This document shows, piece by piece, positions 18,101 to 26,901 of a DNA stretch of 48,482 nucleotides. Source of the DNA: Candidatus Eiseniibacteriota bacterium. GTDB taxonomy: Bacteria; Eisenbacteria; RBG-16-71-46. The notes beneath the pieces are model-generated. The model saw only the letters and a program-made list of their open reading frames with translations, had not been told where the DNA came from and did no database searches. The stretch's first letter is position 1. Each line of letters begins with the position of its first letter. The stretch lies in the NCBI GenBank assembly GCA_041483195.1, contig JBGPFC010000033.1:1-48482 (forward strand), written 5' to 3'. The position numbers and the translations under genes are program-made.

Positions 18101-19502
18101 GCTGCTGCTCGCGCCATCGGGCGGTGCGATCGCCGTGATCTCGGCCACCGAGCTCGCGTACAGCGACTTGAACGTCGAGCTCAACTGGGCGTTCGACGAT
18201 CAGCTCTTCGACCGCTCGAGCCCCTCCGGGCAGTACGCGAAAGGCATCGCGCAGTCGCTGCTGATCGCGAAGATCCTCACGTCGAACAACAACGATTTCA
18301 ACATCACGAACAACAGCAAGTATCAGGTCATGGGCGATGCCGGGACGCAGCTGAACCTGCCGCGACTCTGGGCGGACGTCGCGGTGTACGGGTGCGACAC
18401 GTGCACCGTGCCGCTCACCGAAATCCAGCGCGGCACCACCGTGAACTTCCGCGGACGCGTCCTCGATCGCCCGGGGGGCGCGCCGGTGTCGTACGACGGC
18501 AAGGCCGACATGCTGATCGAGGATTCGGCGCAGCGCGAATCCGCGCCCGACTGCGCGCTCTTCCCCGGCTGCAACAATCCGCCGATCACCTACTACGTCG
18601 GGGCCGGGCCCATGTATCGCGGAGACGTGGTGGTGAAGGCGGGAGCGTTCCAGGGCAAGTTCGTGGTGCCGTTCGAGGCGAAGGGCGGGGCGCGCGGCCG
18701 GGTGCGCGCCTACCTCCAGGGTCGGGCGGCGGGGCAGGCGTTCGACTCCGACGGTGCGGGAAGCATCCCCACCCAGGTCTCGCCCGGACCACCCGTGAGC
18801 GGCGACGACGAGGGACCCCGCATCATCCTCTCGTTCGCGAGCGGATCCACCACGGTCAAGCCCGACGCGGTGCTGCGTATCGACCTCTACGACCCGAGCG
18901 GCATTCTCACCACTGCCCACACGCTGCAGAACGGGATCGTGATCACGCTGGACCAGAACACCACCGCCCGGGTGGACGTCACATCCAGCTTCCGCTACGC
19001 GACCGGGTCGTACACGACCGGGTCCGCCAGCTGGCAGCTGCCCCATCTCGCGGCGGGCAAGCACAGCATCAAGGTGTCGGCGGCCGACAATCTCGCCGCG
19101 GGGCTCAACGCCGCTTCGCACCGCTCCACCGCGGTGATCGAGATCGACGTGCAGGACGCCCCGCCCCTCAACATCCTGAACACGTACCTGTTCCCGAATC
19201 CGATCGAATCCGATCTTTCGGGGCGTTCCGGTGGGCAGTTCGTGGTGGATGCGCGCGGCGACAGCGTGAACGCGCTGCTCAACATCTACACCGTCTCCGG
19301 GAGGCTGGTCCGGCGGCTGCGCTCCCTGGGCCGGCAGGGGCAGATCCAGATGCCCTGGGACGGGATGGACGACGAGGGCCATCCCCTTGCGAATGGCACC
19401 TATCTGTTCCGCGTACAGATCAACGCCCGCCAGGCGGACGGCGAATCCAGCGCCCGACAGCGGGCGGCGGCGGAAGGGCGGTTCGTGGTCCTGAATCGCT
19501 GA
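15135..19502 (+). CDS. porU: PorU-like C25 (gingipain-family) cysteine peptidase / T9SS sortase
   Basis: C25 propeptide-like [48 protein letters not shown]; catalytic NYIGHG and ASCDVGKF; C-terminal FPNP...[10 protein letters not shown]...[18 protein letters not shown]. Start inferred at CTG overlapping the trm112 stop; alternative GTG 15198. Confidence 0.88.
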   Translation: MSDRHIARPPHRTGRAGLTLAVATFLCAARAGSAGASPAGVQLLPTGPSLVRFAVEVPEARVISAPGASDLSEVLIDGFGNDGPPGAPALPVRVILVAVPPTGDVQVRASASGERFADGVLLAPMATLDRGAEGEPPRYDRSADAYGARASRTPQPARVLGVSWMRNQRVASIAVSAADYVPATRHLALYRRVDVELGVAAAGNAGPPAEAIDPFEEVYREVLVNYEQGRHWRRPAGGRSFPGAGLDRATLDALAAPAVPETSVYVGRTWIKIAIPRTGFYKLDFGQLRNFSLFSALVRPDSVRLDSVRLFTWPGVPVLPEANYCDTCDFREVAIQFAEDGDGLFNHNADAFYFFAMGASDWADLYDPAQPDTVFINHPYETKNYYYLTVSTSDLPVGGGRQRIAQRSGQVQNVAGRSPSPAGVGFTTPATFEARVHAELDIEYFPDLSPLYYGPAGPFSDAFWEKWFWRSMSLGNLFAPTVDAIGIDSTQAGSVRIRQWGLPDPSDTCLYSVRNAQHLLDVAVNGVPLPREGWDGTAAFSFESATAALLTHNSVSLTIPVIPGCGKRFDRSALAWIELRYRRRFVPINNELAFDTDPGGGNYLFDISPFTSLVPPRVFDVTDAYAPVEVVNLGYSDLGGGNWGLSFQSIETERHRYRIVRDSSIIKVPDLSVFAAPATSLRNLRSRTRGADYVLIYYDGFQAAADSLMRWRQYRLPLTGQSAPYEVEEIPISALYDQFSGGRTDPSVIRNFLRAAFFNWSKRPAFVTLFGDASYDFKNLKGLAGAGQPGTLVPSYENGFAINKQFATDDWLLNVDDATVNIPDFFGGRIPAGDPRTALDFVMKKVLLYERSAPLGAYRDKVMLIADDNLQGAKDDPLHWAHLRQTAVLDTAHTPAHIDRAYVYLHTYPDGPGNTKPGAKADIKLNLNNGVAMSNYIGHGSPFKLADETVLSDVDAGTFTNATRPTLFVAASCDVGKFNDPTVQSLGERLLLAPSGGAIAVISATELAYSDLNVELNWAFDDQLFDRSSPSGQYAKGIAQSLLIAKILTSNNNDFNITNNSKYQVMGDAGTQLNLPRLWADVAVYGCDTCTVPLTEIQRGTTVNFRGRVLDRPGGAPVSYDGKADMLIEDSAQRESAPDCALFPGCNNPPITYYVGAGPMYRGDVVVKAGAFQGKFVVPFEAKGGARGRVRAYLQGRAAGQAFDSDGAGSIPTQVSPGPPVSGDDEGPRIILSFASGSTTVKPDAVLRIDLYDPSGILTTAHTLQNGIVITLDQNTTARVDVTSSFRYATGSYTTGSASWQLPHLAAGKHSIKVSAADNLAAGLNAASHRSTAVIEIDVQDAPPLNILNTYLFPNPIESDLSGRSGGQFVVDARGDSVNALLNIYTVSGRLVRRLRSLGRQGQIQMPWDGMDDEGHPLANGTYLFRVQINARQADGESSARQRAAAEGRFVVLNR

Positions 19503-19610
19503 TTTGGAGTGGAAAAAAATGTCTGGAGCGAGCCCGGTGCTCCCGGTGTAGTATTCGGGCTGGGAGTCCGCTGCGCCTGCCGACGTCCGCCCGGAAAGGG
19601 TCTTTTCACC

Positions 19611-20558
19611 ATGCGTTTGACGATTGCGATCCTGACACTCATCTCCGCTATCTCGTTGACGGGCAATGCCCTCGCCCAGGGCACCGGCCGCGAGCTCGAC
19701 ATCCAACCTGGGGCTCGTCAGAACGGGCTGGGGGCCGCGGGAGTTGCGCTGGCAGACGACGCGACCGGCGTCACCTGGTGGAATCCGGCCGGCCTCGGGT
19801 TCGTGAGCCGGACCGCCCTCGAGCTCACCTATGCGCAGCTTGCCCCGGGTCTCGCCGACGACGTCAACTACAACTACCTCACGTACGTCCATCCACTCGA
19901 GGGTTGGGGCGCATTCGGCGTCGGCATCGTGTTCGTCTCGCTGGGACAGATCGACGGCACGGATATCAACGGCAACCCGACCGGCAGCTTCGGCGCGAAC
20001 GCGGTCGCGCCGGCGGTCTACTACGGAACGCGCGTTCTGCCCGATTTCTCGGTGGGCGCCTCGCTCCGTTACGTGCGCCTGCAGTACGCGCCCAACAGCC
20101 TGAGCGGGGTGGGTTCGACCTTCGCGCTCGATCTCGCGGGGCTCTACCGCATCCCGGCCGCGCGACTCAATTTCGGCCTCAATGTCCAGAACCTCGGTCC
20201 GAGCATCACCTTCATCAACGAGGACCAGGCGAGTCCGCTGTCTCGAAACGTGAAGGTCGGGGCCGCGTGGGAAGTTTATTCGAGCGAGCAGGTGGGAGTG
20301 ACGGTCGTCGAGGACTTCAATCAGTCGCTGGTGACCGACGTGTTCCGCACCTACAACCATGGCCTCGAGCTGCGCGTCGCGCAGCAGCTGGCCGGGCGCA
20401 TCGGCTGGTACTCCGATCCCTACGGTCACATCTCGGATCTCACCTTCGGCCTCGGCGTGAACTGGGGAGGACTGAGTCTCGATTTCGGCAGTATTCCCCA
20501 GGCGAAGGATGAGGGCCTCGACAACGTCAAGAAGATCACGCTGGGCTATCGTTTCTAG
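19611..20558 (+). CDS. porV: PorV/PorQ-family outer-membrane beta-barrel
   Basis: Signal peptide; LDIQPGARQNGLGAAGVALADDATGVTWWNPAGL signature; DLAGLY; LNVQNLGP; terminal ITLGYRF; directly downstream of porU. Confidence 0.88.
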   Translation: MRLTIAILTLISAISLTGNALAQGTGRELDIQPGARQNGLGAAGVALADDATGVTWWNPAGLGFVSRTALELTYAQLAPGLADDVNYNYLTYVHPLEGWGAFGVGIVFVSLGQIDGTDINGNPTGSFGANAVAPAVYYGTRVLPDFSVGASLRYVRLQYAPNSLSGVGSTFALDLAGLYRIPAARLNFGLNVQNLGPSITFINEDQASPLSRNVKVGAAWEVYSSEQVGVTVVEDFNQSLVTDVFRTYNHGLELRVAQQLAGRIGWYSDPYGHISDLTFGLGVNWGGLSLDFGSIPQAKDEGLDNVKKITLGYRF

Positions 20559-20717
20559 CAGGCCGCCGATCGCAACCGGATGAGGAGCGCGCTTGCCCCC
20601 GCGGCAAAGCCGGCGTGCCACCTCGGTCCTTCACGCGTTTCCGGCAGCGCCCGAAGCGTGTTCGCGCCATCCCGCGGCGCGGTTCGCCACGGCGCTTACC
20701 ACCTCCACGCCTCGGTG

Positions 20718-23700
20718 ATGCGCACGATCCTTCGCCCTCGATTCCTCCCGCTCGCTCTCGCCGCCCTGCTCGCGTCCGCTCCGGCGCACGCGGGGGAGGG
20801 GCTCGTCGTACGGCCGGCGCTCCCGCGCACCGCGGCCGCGGCGCGCGCCGCGCGCGCCGGCACGTCGCCCGCGGGGGGGACGCGCGCCGAATGGCTGCGA
20901 ATCCAGGGCGAGCGCGAGCGACATTGGCGTGGCTTCCGCGACCAGATCGGCGCGCCCGAGGTGGACTGGTCCGCGCGCGCGGCGCGCCGCAGCGGATGGA
21001 AGCCGTCGCCGGGGCCCGCGCGCAACCCGCATCTGCTCGGCGCCAACCCGCACGTGGCCGCGGCCTCGACGCCTCCCGAGACGCTGCGCATCGCGATCCT
21101 GCGTGTCGACTTCCGCACCGACCGGGGCGGAGGCGCTTCCACCGGCGATGGCCGCTTCGATCTGGGCGCGCTCGCGCCGGGAGCGCCTCCGATCGATCCT
21201 GCGCCGCACGATCGCAAGTTCTACCTGCGGCACCTCGAGGCGCTGAGTCGGTTTTACTCGGCGGAGAGCTACGGGCGTGTGGTCGTGGTGGGCGACGTGT
21301 GGCCGCGGGGACCGGGCCAGGACAGCCTCGCGTACTCGATCAGCGACATGGCGGACCTCGGCCCGTGGGAATTCGGGCCGGGCATCTACCGCGCGGCGGT
21401 CCACATGTTCCAAACCATGCTGTATGCCGCCGACACGCAGGCGAAGGCGCTGGGCGACTCGATCCCGTGGCGTGACATCGACCGCATCATCGTCATCCAT
21501 GCGGGAAGCGACCTGCAGAGCGATCTCCGGCAGGACAGCAAGGAAGACATCCCGACCTTCACCCTCGGCGTCACCGACACCGACCGCGTGGTCTTCGACA
21601 AGGGCAGCCTCGACACGGTCCTCGTCGACCGTGCTGCGTTTATTCCCGAGACCATCAACCAGGACGGATACTACGGCGCGATCAATGCCGTGCTCGCGCA
21701 CGAATGCGGCCATCTGTTCTTCGGGTTCCTCGATGTCTACGACATCGAGAGCGGATTTCCCACGGTGGGATATTGGAGCCTGATGGACAGCGGAAACCTC
21801 GCGGGCGCCGTGATCCCCCAGGCCAACGGCGACGACATTTTCGCGGTGGGGCTCCTGCCGCCCAGCGTCGATCCGTTCCAGCGCTTCCTCACGACCGACG
21901 TGCTCGATTTTGCCGAGGTCTCCTACGCCGACACCATGGCGCTGCGCGACGGGGAGCGCTTTCCGGACGTGCGCAGCGTGCGGCTCACCTCCGACGAATA
22001 TCTGCTGCTCGAGAATCGATGGATCACCCCATTCGACACCCTGCTGCTCGACCAGGATCCCGAGACGCACGTGATCCTCGGCCCCGAGCACCCGGATCGT
22101 TTCGAGTACGATTCGCTGCTGCCGGGGAGCGGCATTCTGGTGTGGCACGTTGACGAGAGCGTGATCCCGTTCTTCGAGGCCTCGCTCCGCATCAATCCGG
22201 ATTTCGGCCTGAACTCGAACTTCCGGCGACTCGGGCTCTCGGTCATCGAGGCGGACGGCCTCGGGGACCTGGGCGACCCGGGCTCGCCGTTCATCCTCGG
22301 CAGCTACCGCGATCCGTACTTCCGCAGCAACAACGCGGTGCTGAGCGACGAGACCGAGCCCAATCTGATCCCCAACGTGCGCACCCGGCCCCACCTGCGA
22401 CTCGAATTCCTCGACGAGCCGAGCGACTCGATGCGGCTGATCGCGAGTCGCGCGTGGCAGCTCCCGGGATTCCCGATTCAGGCGGATTTTCCGCCGGGCG
22501 GCCCGCAGCTGCTCGCGATCGACGCGGACGGAGACCCGAGCGATGCCTCGCGGGAGATCTGCTGGGCGGGCGGCGACACCGCGCGCTCCGACAGTTCCGC
22601 GCTGTTCGCCGTGCGCCGCAACGGTCGGGGACTCTTCGGATCCTCGCTGGCATTCGCGAACCTCGACACGCGACCGCGCCCGGTGATGGCCGCGATCGCG
22701 ACCGGGACGGGTGGCGGCGCGGCCACCGGGCCTTCGTGGTTCGCGGTCTCGACGTTTCCCACCGGGCCCGACCTCGCGACGCCCGGCGGACGCGTGTGGA
22801 TGATCGACGAAACCGGACAGCCCCGGCCGGGATGGCCGGCCGCGCTGCCGGCGCTGGTCTCGACGCCCCCGGTAATCGCGGGCGCGTACCCCGGCGCGAT
22901 GGTGTTCGTGGGCTGCGAAGATGGCCGCGTGTACGCGATCGATCTCGATGGCCACGTGCATCCCGCCAGCGATCCGCCGCTCGCGGCCGGGATGCGCGGC
23001 CGGCTCGCGGTGGCGGCGGTCAGCGGCATCACGCTCCCCGGAGGGACGCCGGCGTCCGGGTGGGCGGTCGCGGCCGGAAGCGCCTCCGGTGACGTCGCGG
23101 TGTTCACGATCGATCCGGCCGCTGGCGCCTCCGCCCCGCTGAATCGCGTGCAGGGGTGGCCGCAGCGTCTCATGAGCGGCACGAGCTTCGAGCCCGATTT
23201 CCTGTGGATCGACTTCGATGGGCTGGGGACCGCGAGCTCGAATCCCTCCGGCTGCGACGCCTCGCTTCCGGAGCTGGTGGCCCACCACGCCAATCGGCTA
23301 TGGGCCTTCTGTGCGACCGGGCGATCGTTGCCGGGCTGGGGCCGGGTCGGCGGTGACACGCTGGTCGCGTCGCTCGGCGCGGGCGATCCCGATGGCGACG
23401 GCTTTCCCGAGGTGCTCACCCAGACGCCCGACTCGCGCGTGTCGTTCATCAACCAGAGCGGTTATCCGTCGCCCGGCTGGCCACGCGCCGGATCGAAGGA
23501 GGGCGAGCTCGAGGAAAATCCCGATCTCACCTATCCGCGACCCCCGATGCGATTCCCCACGATGAGTCCGGCGCTCGCCATCGATGTGGACGGAGACCAT
23601 GCCAGCGAGATCGTCGCGCTCAACACCAGCGGCATCCTCGCCGCGCTGCGGGCGGATGGTCGAACTCCCGAGGGCTGGCCGCTCGCGACCGGCTCCGGAG

Positions 23701-24188
23701 CGGGGGGATCGCCGGTCGCCGCCGATCTCGCCGCCGATGGACACCTGGAGATCGTCGCGCCCGACCGGCTCGGCGAGCTGGTCGCGTTCTCGCTGCCCGT
23801 CGATTTCGACGCGCTGTCCGATTCCTGGCCCATGCTGGGCGGGGATCCGGGCCGCACCTCGGCGCTTCCCGGCACCCGCATGGGGGCGACGCCCGCCGCG
23901 GCGCGCGGTCCGCTGGTGCATGGCTCGCTCAAGGTGTTCCCCAATCCCGCGCGGCGGCGGCCGGTCTCGTTCGCATATCAGCTCAGCGAGCCCGCCGACG
24001 TCGAATTCCGCATCCTCGACCCGTCGGGGCACGAGGTGGCATCATTCGTCCGCAATGGTCATCGCGCGGATAATCTCGAGACGTGGGATCCGGGCCGGCT
24101 GCCGGCCGGCCTCTATGTCGCGCAGCTGCGATTTCGCGGCAATGGACACGAGATGGTGCAGATGATTCCGGTGGGGTTGATCCGATGA
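20718..24188 (+). CDS. Secreted M6 (immune inhibitor A-like) metalloprotease with FG-GAP-like repeats and T9SS-like CTD
   Basis: Signal peptide; IVIHAG; AHECGHLFFGFLDVYD; Met-turn GYWSLMDSG; EYLLLENR; GILVWHVDE; GDPDGDG/DVDGD repeats; C-terminal LKVFPNP...FRILDPSG...LPAGLYVAQL. Confidence 0.85.
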   Translation: MRTILRPRFLPLALAALLASAPAHAGEGLVVRPALPRTAAAARAARAGTSPAGGTRAEWLRIQGERERHWRGFRDQIGAPEVDWSARAARRSGWKPSPGPARNPHLLGANPHVAAASTPPETLRIAILRVDFRTDRGGGASTGDGRFDLGALAPGAPPIDPAPHDRKFYLRHLEALSRFYSAESYGRVVVVGDVWPRGPGQDSLAYSISDMADLGPWEFGPGIYRAAVHMFQTMLYAADTQAKALGDSIPWRDIDRIIVIHAGSDLQSDLRQDSKEDIPTFTLGVTDTDRVVFDKGSLDTVLVDRAAFIPETINQDGYYGAINAVLAHECGHLFFGFLDVYDIESGFPTVGYWSLMDSGNLAGAVIPQANGDDIFAVGLLPPSVDPFQRFLTTDVLDFAEVSYADTMALRDGERFPDVRSVRLTSDEYLLLENRWITPFDTLLLDQDPETHVILGPEHPDRFEYDSLLPGSGILVWHVDESVIPFFEASLRINPDFGLNSNFRRLGLSVIEADGLGDLGDPGSPFILGSYRDPYFRSNNAVLSDETEPNLIPNVRTRPHLRLEFLDEPSDSMRLIASRAWQLPGFPIQADFPPGGPQLLAIDADGDPSDASREICWAGGDTARSDSSALFAVRRNGRGLFGSSLAFANLDTRPRPVMAAIATGTGGGAATGPSWFAVSTFPTGPDLATPGGRVWMIDETGQPRPGWPAALPALVSTPPVIAGAYPGAMVFVGCEDGRVYAIDLDGHVHPASDPPLAAGMRGRLAVAAVSGITLPGGTPASGWAVAAGSASGDVAVFTIDPAAGASAPLNRVQGWPQRLMSGTSFEPDFLWIDFDGLGTASSNPSGCDASLPELVAHHANRLWAFCATGRSLPGWGRVGGDTLVASLGAGDPDGDGFPEVLTQTPDSRVSFINQSGYPSPGWPRAGSKEGELEENPDLTYPRPPMRFPTMSPALAIDVDGDHASEIVALNTSGILAALRADGRTPEGWPLATGSGAGGSPVAADLAADGHLEIVAPDRLGELVAFSLPVDFDALSDSWPMLGGDPGRTSALPGTRMGATPAAARGPLVHGSLKVFPNPARRRPVSFAYQLSEPADVEFRILDPSGHEVASFVRNGHRADNLETWDPGRLPAGLYVAQLRFRGNGHEMVQMIPVGLIR

Positions 24189-24991
24189 GGCGGGCACCGT
24201 GCCGCGCGACGCGGCTCGTGATCTCGCTGGGGTTGGCGGTGTGCGGCGCGCTGTGCGCGGCCAGGGCGCACGCCGAGCTCGGCGCCGGCTCGGCGCTCGC
24301 GCTGCCCCTGCTCGCGAGCGGCGAGAAGCCTGAGCTGATCCTGGCGCAACGCACCATCGATCGTGCGTGGGGACCGTCCGAGGACTCCACCTACGTCGAG
24401 GTCGCGGTTCCCGGCTGGCGCTCGGAGGGCATCGCGTTCGCGATGTCCGCGGCGATTCCCGGCGCGGGGCACGCCTACGTCCACGAGAGCAGCGGATTGT
24501 TCTTCGCGGTGGTCGAGGTCGCGGCCTGGACGCTTCGCCGGCACTGGCAGGGTCGTGCCGATCGTCTTCACTCCTGGGCGCTCGGGTTCGTTGGCGACCC
24601 GCGCGACAGCAACGCGACCTGGTCGTTCCGCCGCTGGGAACGGGTCACCGACAAGGACGCGGCCGACCTGAGGGCGCTCTACGCAGCGGACCCCGAGACG
24701 TTCTTCGCATGGATCGCCCGCGACCCCCAGTACCTGGCGGGTTGGTCCACCAACGCGATCCCGCCGCGCGACGAATTTCGCAATGCGCTGGATCGCGGCG
24801 AGGGCATGCTCGCGCGCAAGCGATATGCGACGACCGCGATCTGGATCAATCACCTGCTCGCGGGGCTCGACGCGCTGCGTGCCGCGCGCATCGCCAACCT
24901 GCCGCTCGGGCGCGATCTCGAGCTCAAGCTCGGTGCGGGCTGGCGGGGCGAATCGCCGACGCTGCTCGCCGCGGTGGGGAGGCGCTTCTGA
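24185..24991 (+). CDS. Exported/membrane protein of unknown function (DUF5683-like S.xxPGxG motif), paralog A
   Basis: ATGA overlap with upstream gene; signal peptide; SAAIPGAGHAY...FFAVVEVAAW; AIWINHLLAGLDA; ends AVGRRF. Confidence 0.75.
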   Translation: MRRAPCRATRLVISLGLAVCGALCAARAHAELGAGSALALPLLASGEKPELILAQRTIDRAWGPSEDSTYVEVAVPGWRSEGIAFAMSAAIPGAGHAYVHESSGLFFAVVEVAAWTLRRHWQGRADRLHSWALGFVGDPRDSNATWSFRRWERVTDKDAADLRALYAADPETFFAWIARDPQYLAGWSTNAIPPRDEFRNALDRGEGMLARKRYATTAIWINHLLAGLDALRAARIANLPLGRDLELKLGAGWRGESPTLLAAVGRRF

Positions 24992-25935
24992 CGCGCCGGG
25001 TGATTCCCTCGGCGCTCGCGCTGGCCGGGCTGCTCGCCGCCGCGGGCGCGCGCGCCGACGTCACGGCGGGCGCGGCCGTGGCTCCCGGCGCGGCGATCCT
25101 CGCCGGGGTCGCGGCCGATTCCCTCGCGAACGCCGCGCGCGCGGGTGAAGCCGCCGGCCCGCCGCGCCCCTCAACCGCGGCGGCCGCGCCGACCACCGAC
25201 ATCGCGCCGCGCATGATCTCGGCGCTCGCGCTGCCCGCGCCCGATCTCGAACTGCTCGGGCTGGGATCGCGTCGCGGGCGATCGATCACGTCCCGGGATC
25301 GCGGCGGCGCGGGGATGCGGGTGCTGAGCGCCGAGCGCGCGCGAATCCTGCTGCGTTCGCTCACGCTGCCGGGCTGGGGGCAGGCGACGGTGGGTCATCA
25401 CCGCGCGGCGGGCGTGTTTCTGATCGCCGAGACCGGAGTGTGGGCTTCGTTCACGGCATTCCGCATCCAGCAACAGATGCGCCGCGATTCGTACGAGCGC
25501 ACCGCGCGGCTGGTCGCCGGCATCGACCTGCGCGGGCGCGACGAGGAGTTTCACCGCATCGTGGGCTCGTTCCTGAGCAGCGACGAGTACAACCATTTCG
25601 TCGTGTTCCGCGACGCCGCCAACCTCTTCTACGACGATCCCGTGAAGTACCGGGAGTACATCGCGAAGCACGAGCTGCACGGCAAGGATGCCTGGACCTG
25701 GCCGAGCGTCGAGAGCCTGTTGCGTTATCGCGGCCAGCGGAAGAAATCGCAACGCGCGGCGCAGCGGGCCAACACGACGCTCGCGATCGCGGTCGCGAAC
25801 CGGCTGGTCAGCGCGGTGCATGCGACGCGCGTCGCCGGACAGACGCCCCACCCGCACGCGTGGAATCTCGAGATCGCCCCGGCCCCGGGCGACGACGCCA
25901 CCGCGTTTCGCGCGGGAGTGCGCGCCCGCTTCTGA
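24988..25935 (+). CDS. Exported/membrane protein of unknown function, paralog B
   Basis: CTGA overlap with GGGGAGG SD 5 nt upstream (alternative GTG 25000); signal peptide; SLTLPGWGQA...FLIAETGVW; IAVANRLVSAVHA; ends GVRARF. Confidence 0.75.
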   Translation: MTRRVIPSALALAGLLAAAGARADVTAGAAVAPGAAILAGVAADSLANAARAGEAAGPPRPSTAAAAPTTDIAPRMISALALPAPDLELLGLGSRRGRSITSRDRGGAGMRVLSAERARILLRSLTLPGWGQATVGHHRAAGVFLIAETGVWASFTAFRIQQQMRRDSYERTARLVAGIDLRGRDEEFHRIVGSFLSSDEYNHFVVFRDAANLFYDDPVKYREYIAKHELHGKDAWTWPSVESLLRYRGQRKKSQRAAQRANTTLAIAVANRLVSAVHATRVAGQTPHPHAWNLEIAPAPGDDATAFRAGVRARF

Positions 25936-25953
25936 GGGGGAGGCAGTTCTCGC

Positions 25954-26898
25954 GTGACGATCACCCTGTGGTTGGCCGTGGCGCTCGCGGCGCCGGGCCC
26001 CGTCGGGCAGGCGGGCGCCGATACGCTGCCGCTCGTGATGCGTCCATCCGAAACCGTGGTCGCCCGCGGTGACGGCCGCGGCCAGGCGATCGAACCCTCC
26101 GGCCTCGCGCTCGACGCGTTCGGCCGGCTCTACGTGGCGGATGCGACGCTCCATCAGATCCAGCGCTTCGATGCGCGCGGCGGATTTCTCGGCACCGCGG
26201 GTTCGCTCGGGAGCGACCCTGGCCAGTTGCGCCGCCCCGGGGCGCTCGCCCTGCTGGGCACGCTGAGCGTTGCGGTGCTCGATCTCGAGAACCGGCGGGT
26301 CGTGACCTACGACTTGTTCGGGCGTCTGGTCGGCACGCTCATCGATCTCGCCGATCCCGTGCTGCTCGACCCGCTCGGGCGGGTGGACCCGGTCGCGCTC
26401 GCGGCAGACCGGGGCGGTGCGCTGGTGATCGCCGACGCCGATCGTGATCGCGTGCTCTCTTTCGATTTCAGCGGCCGCTTCCTGCGCGCGATCGGGGGAC
26501 TGGGCACGTCGCCCGGGTCGTTCCGCGGTCTGCGCGGCGTCGGCTTCACGCCACGCGGCGAGCTGGTCACCGCGGAGCGGCTCAACGCGCGGGTGCAGCG
26601 ACTCGACGCCGGCGGCCGGCCGGCCGCGACCTGGCCGATCGATGTGCGCCCGGGACGCGGAGCGCTGCCGGTGGCGGTGGACGACTCGTCGCGCGTCGCG
26701 GTCGCCGACGAGGCCTCGGGCCGGTTGTGGCTGTTCGACCCGTCGGGACGCCTGCTCGCCTCCCTCGGTGGATTCGAGGGGCCGCGCGCGCTGGCGTTCG
26801 CGCGGGACGGCGCGCTGCTGGTCGCCGAGGGGCGAGCCGGGCGCGTGCGGCGGGTGACGATCGAGCCGCGCGTTCGCCCGCCGGACTCCGGGGAATAG
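25954..26898 (+). CDS. Exported NHL-repeat beta-propeller protein
   Basis: GGGGGAGG SD; signal peptide; PSGLALDAFGRLYVAD...IQRFD, GSDPGQLRRP, PVALAAD.GGALVIAD, GPRALAFARDGALLVAE. Confidence 0.88.
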   Translation: MTITLWLAVALAAPGPVGQAGADTLPLVMRPSETVVARGDGRGQAIEPSGLALDAFGRLYVADATLHQIQRFDARGGFLGTAGSLGSDPGQLRRPGALALLGTLSVAVLDLENRRVVTYDLFGRLVGTLIDLADPVLLDPLGRVDPVALAADRGGALVIADADRDRVLSFDFSGRFLRAIGGLGTSPGSFRGLRGVGFTPRGELVTAERLNARVQRLDAGGRPAATWPIDVRPGRGALPVAVDDSSRVAVADEASGRLWLFDPSGRLLASLGGFEGPRALAFARDGALLVAEGRAGRVRRVTIEPRVRPPDSGE

Positions 26899-26901
26899 GC
26901 G

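Noticed and set aside
19505..19560. Internal promoter for porV (A7 tract, TAGTAT)
   Set aside because: No credible -35 at 17-18 bp; plausible but not supportable.
17454..20621. 1055-aa antisense ORF, and similar ones at 10312-12552, 20631-23288, 27394-30201, 31566-33839, 46115-47854
   Set aside because: Shadow frames opposite well-supported genes, expected at high GC; no motifs recognised.
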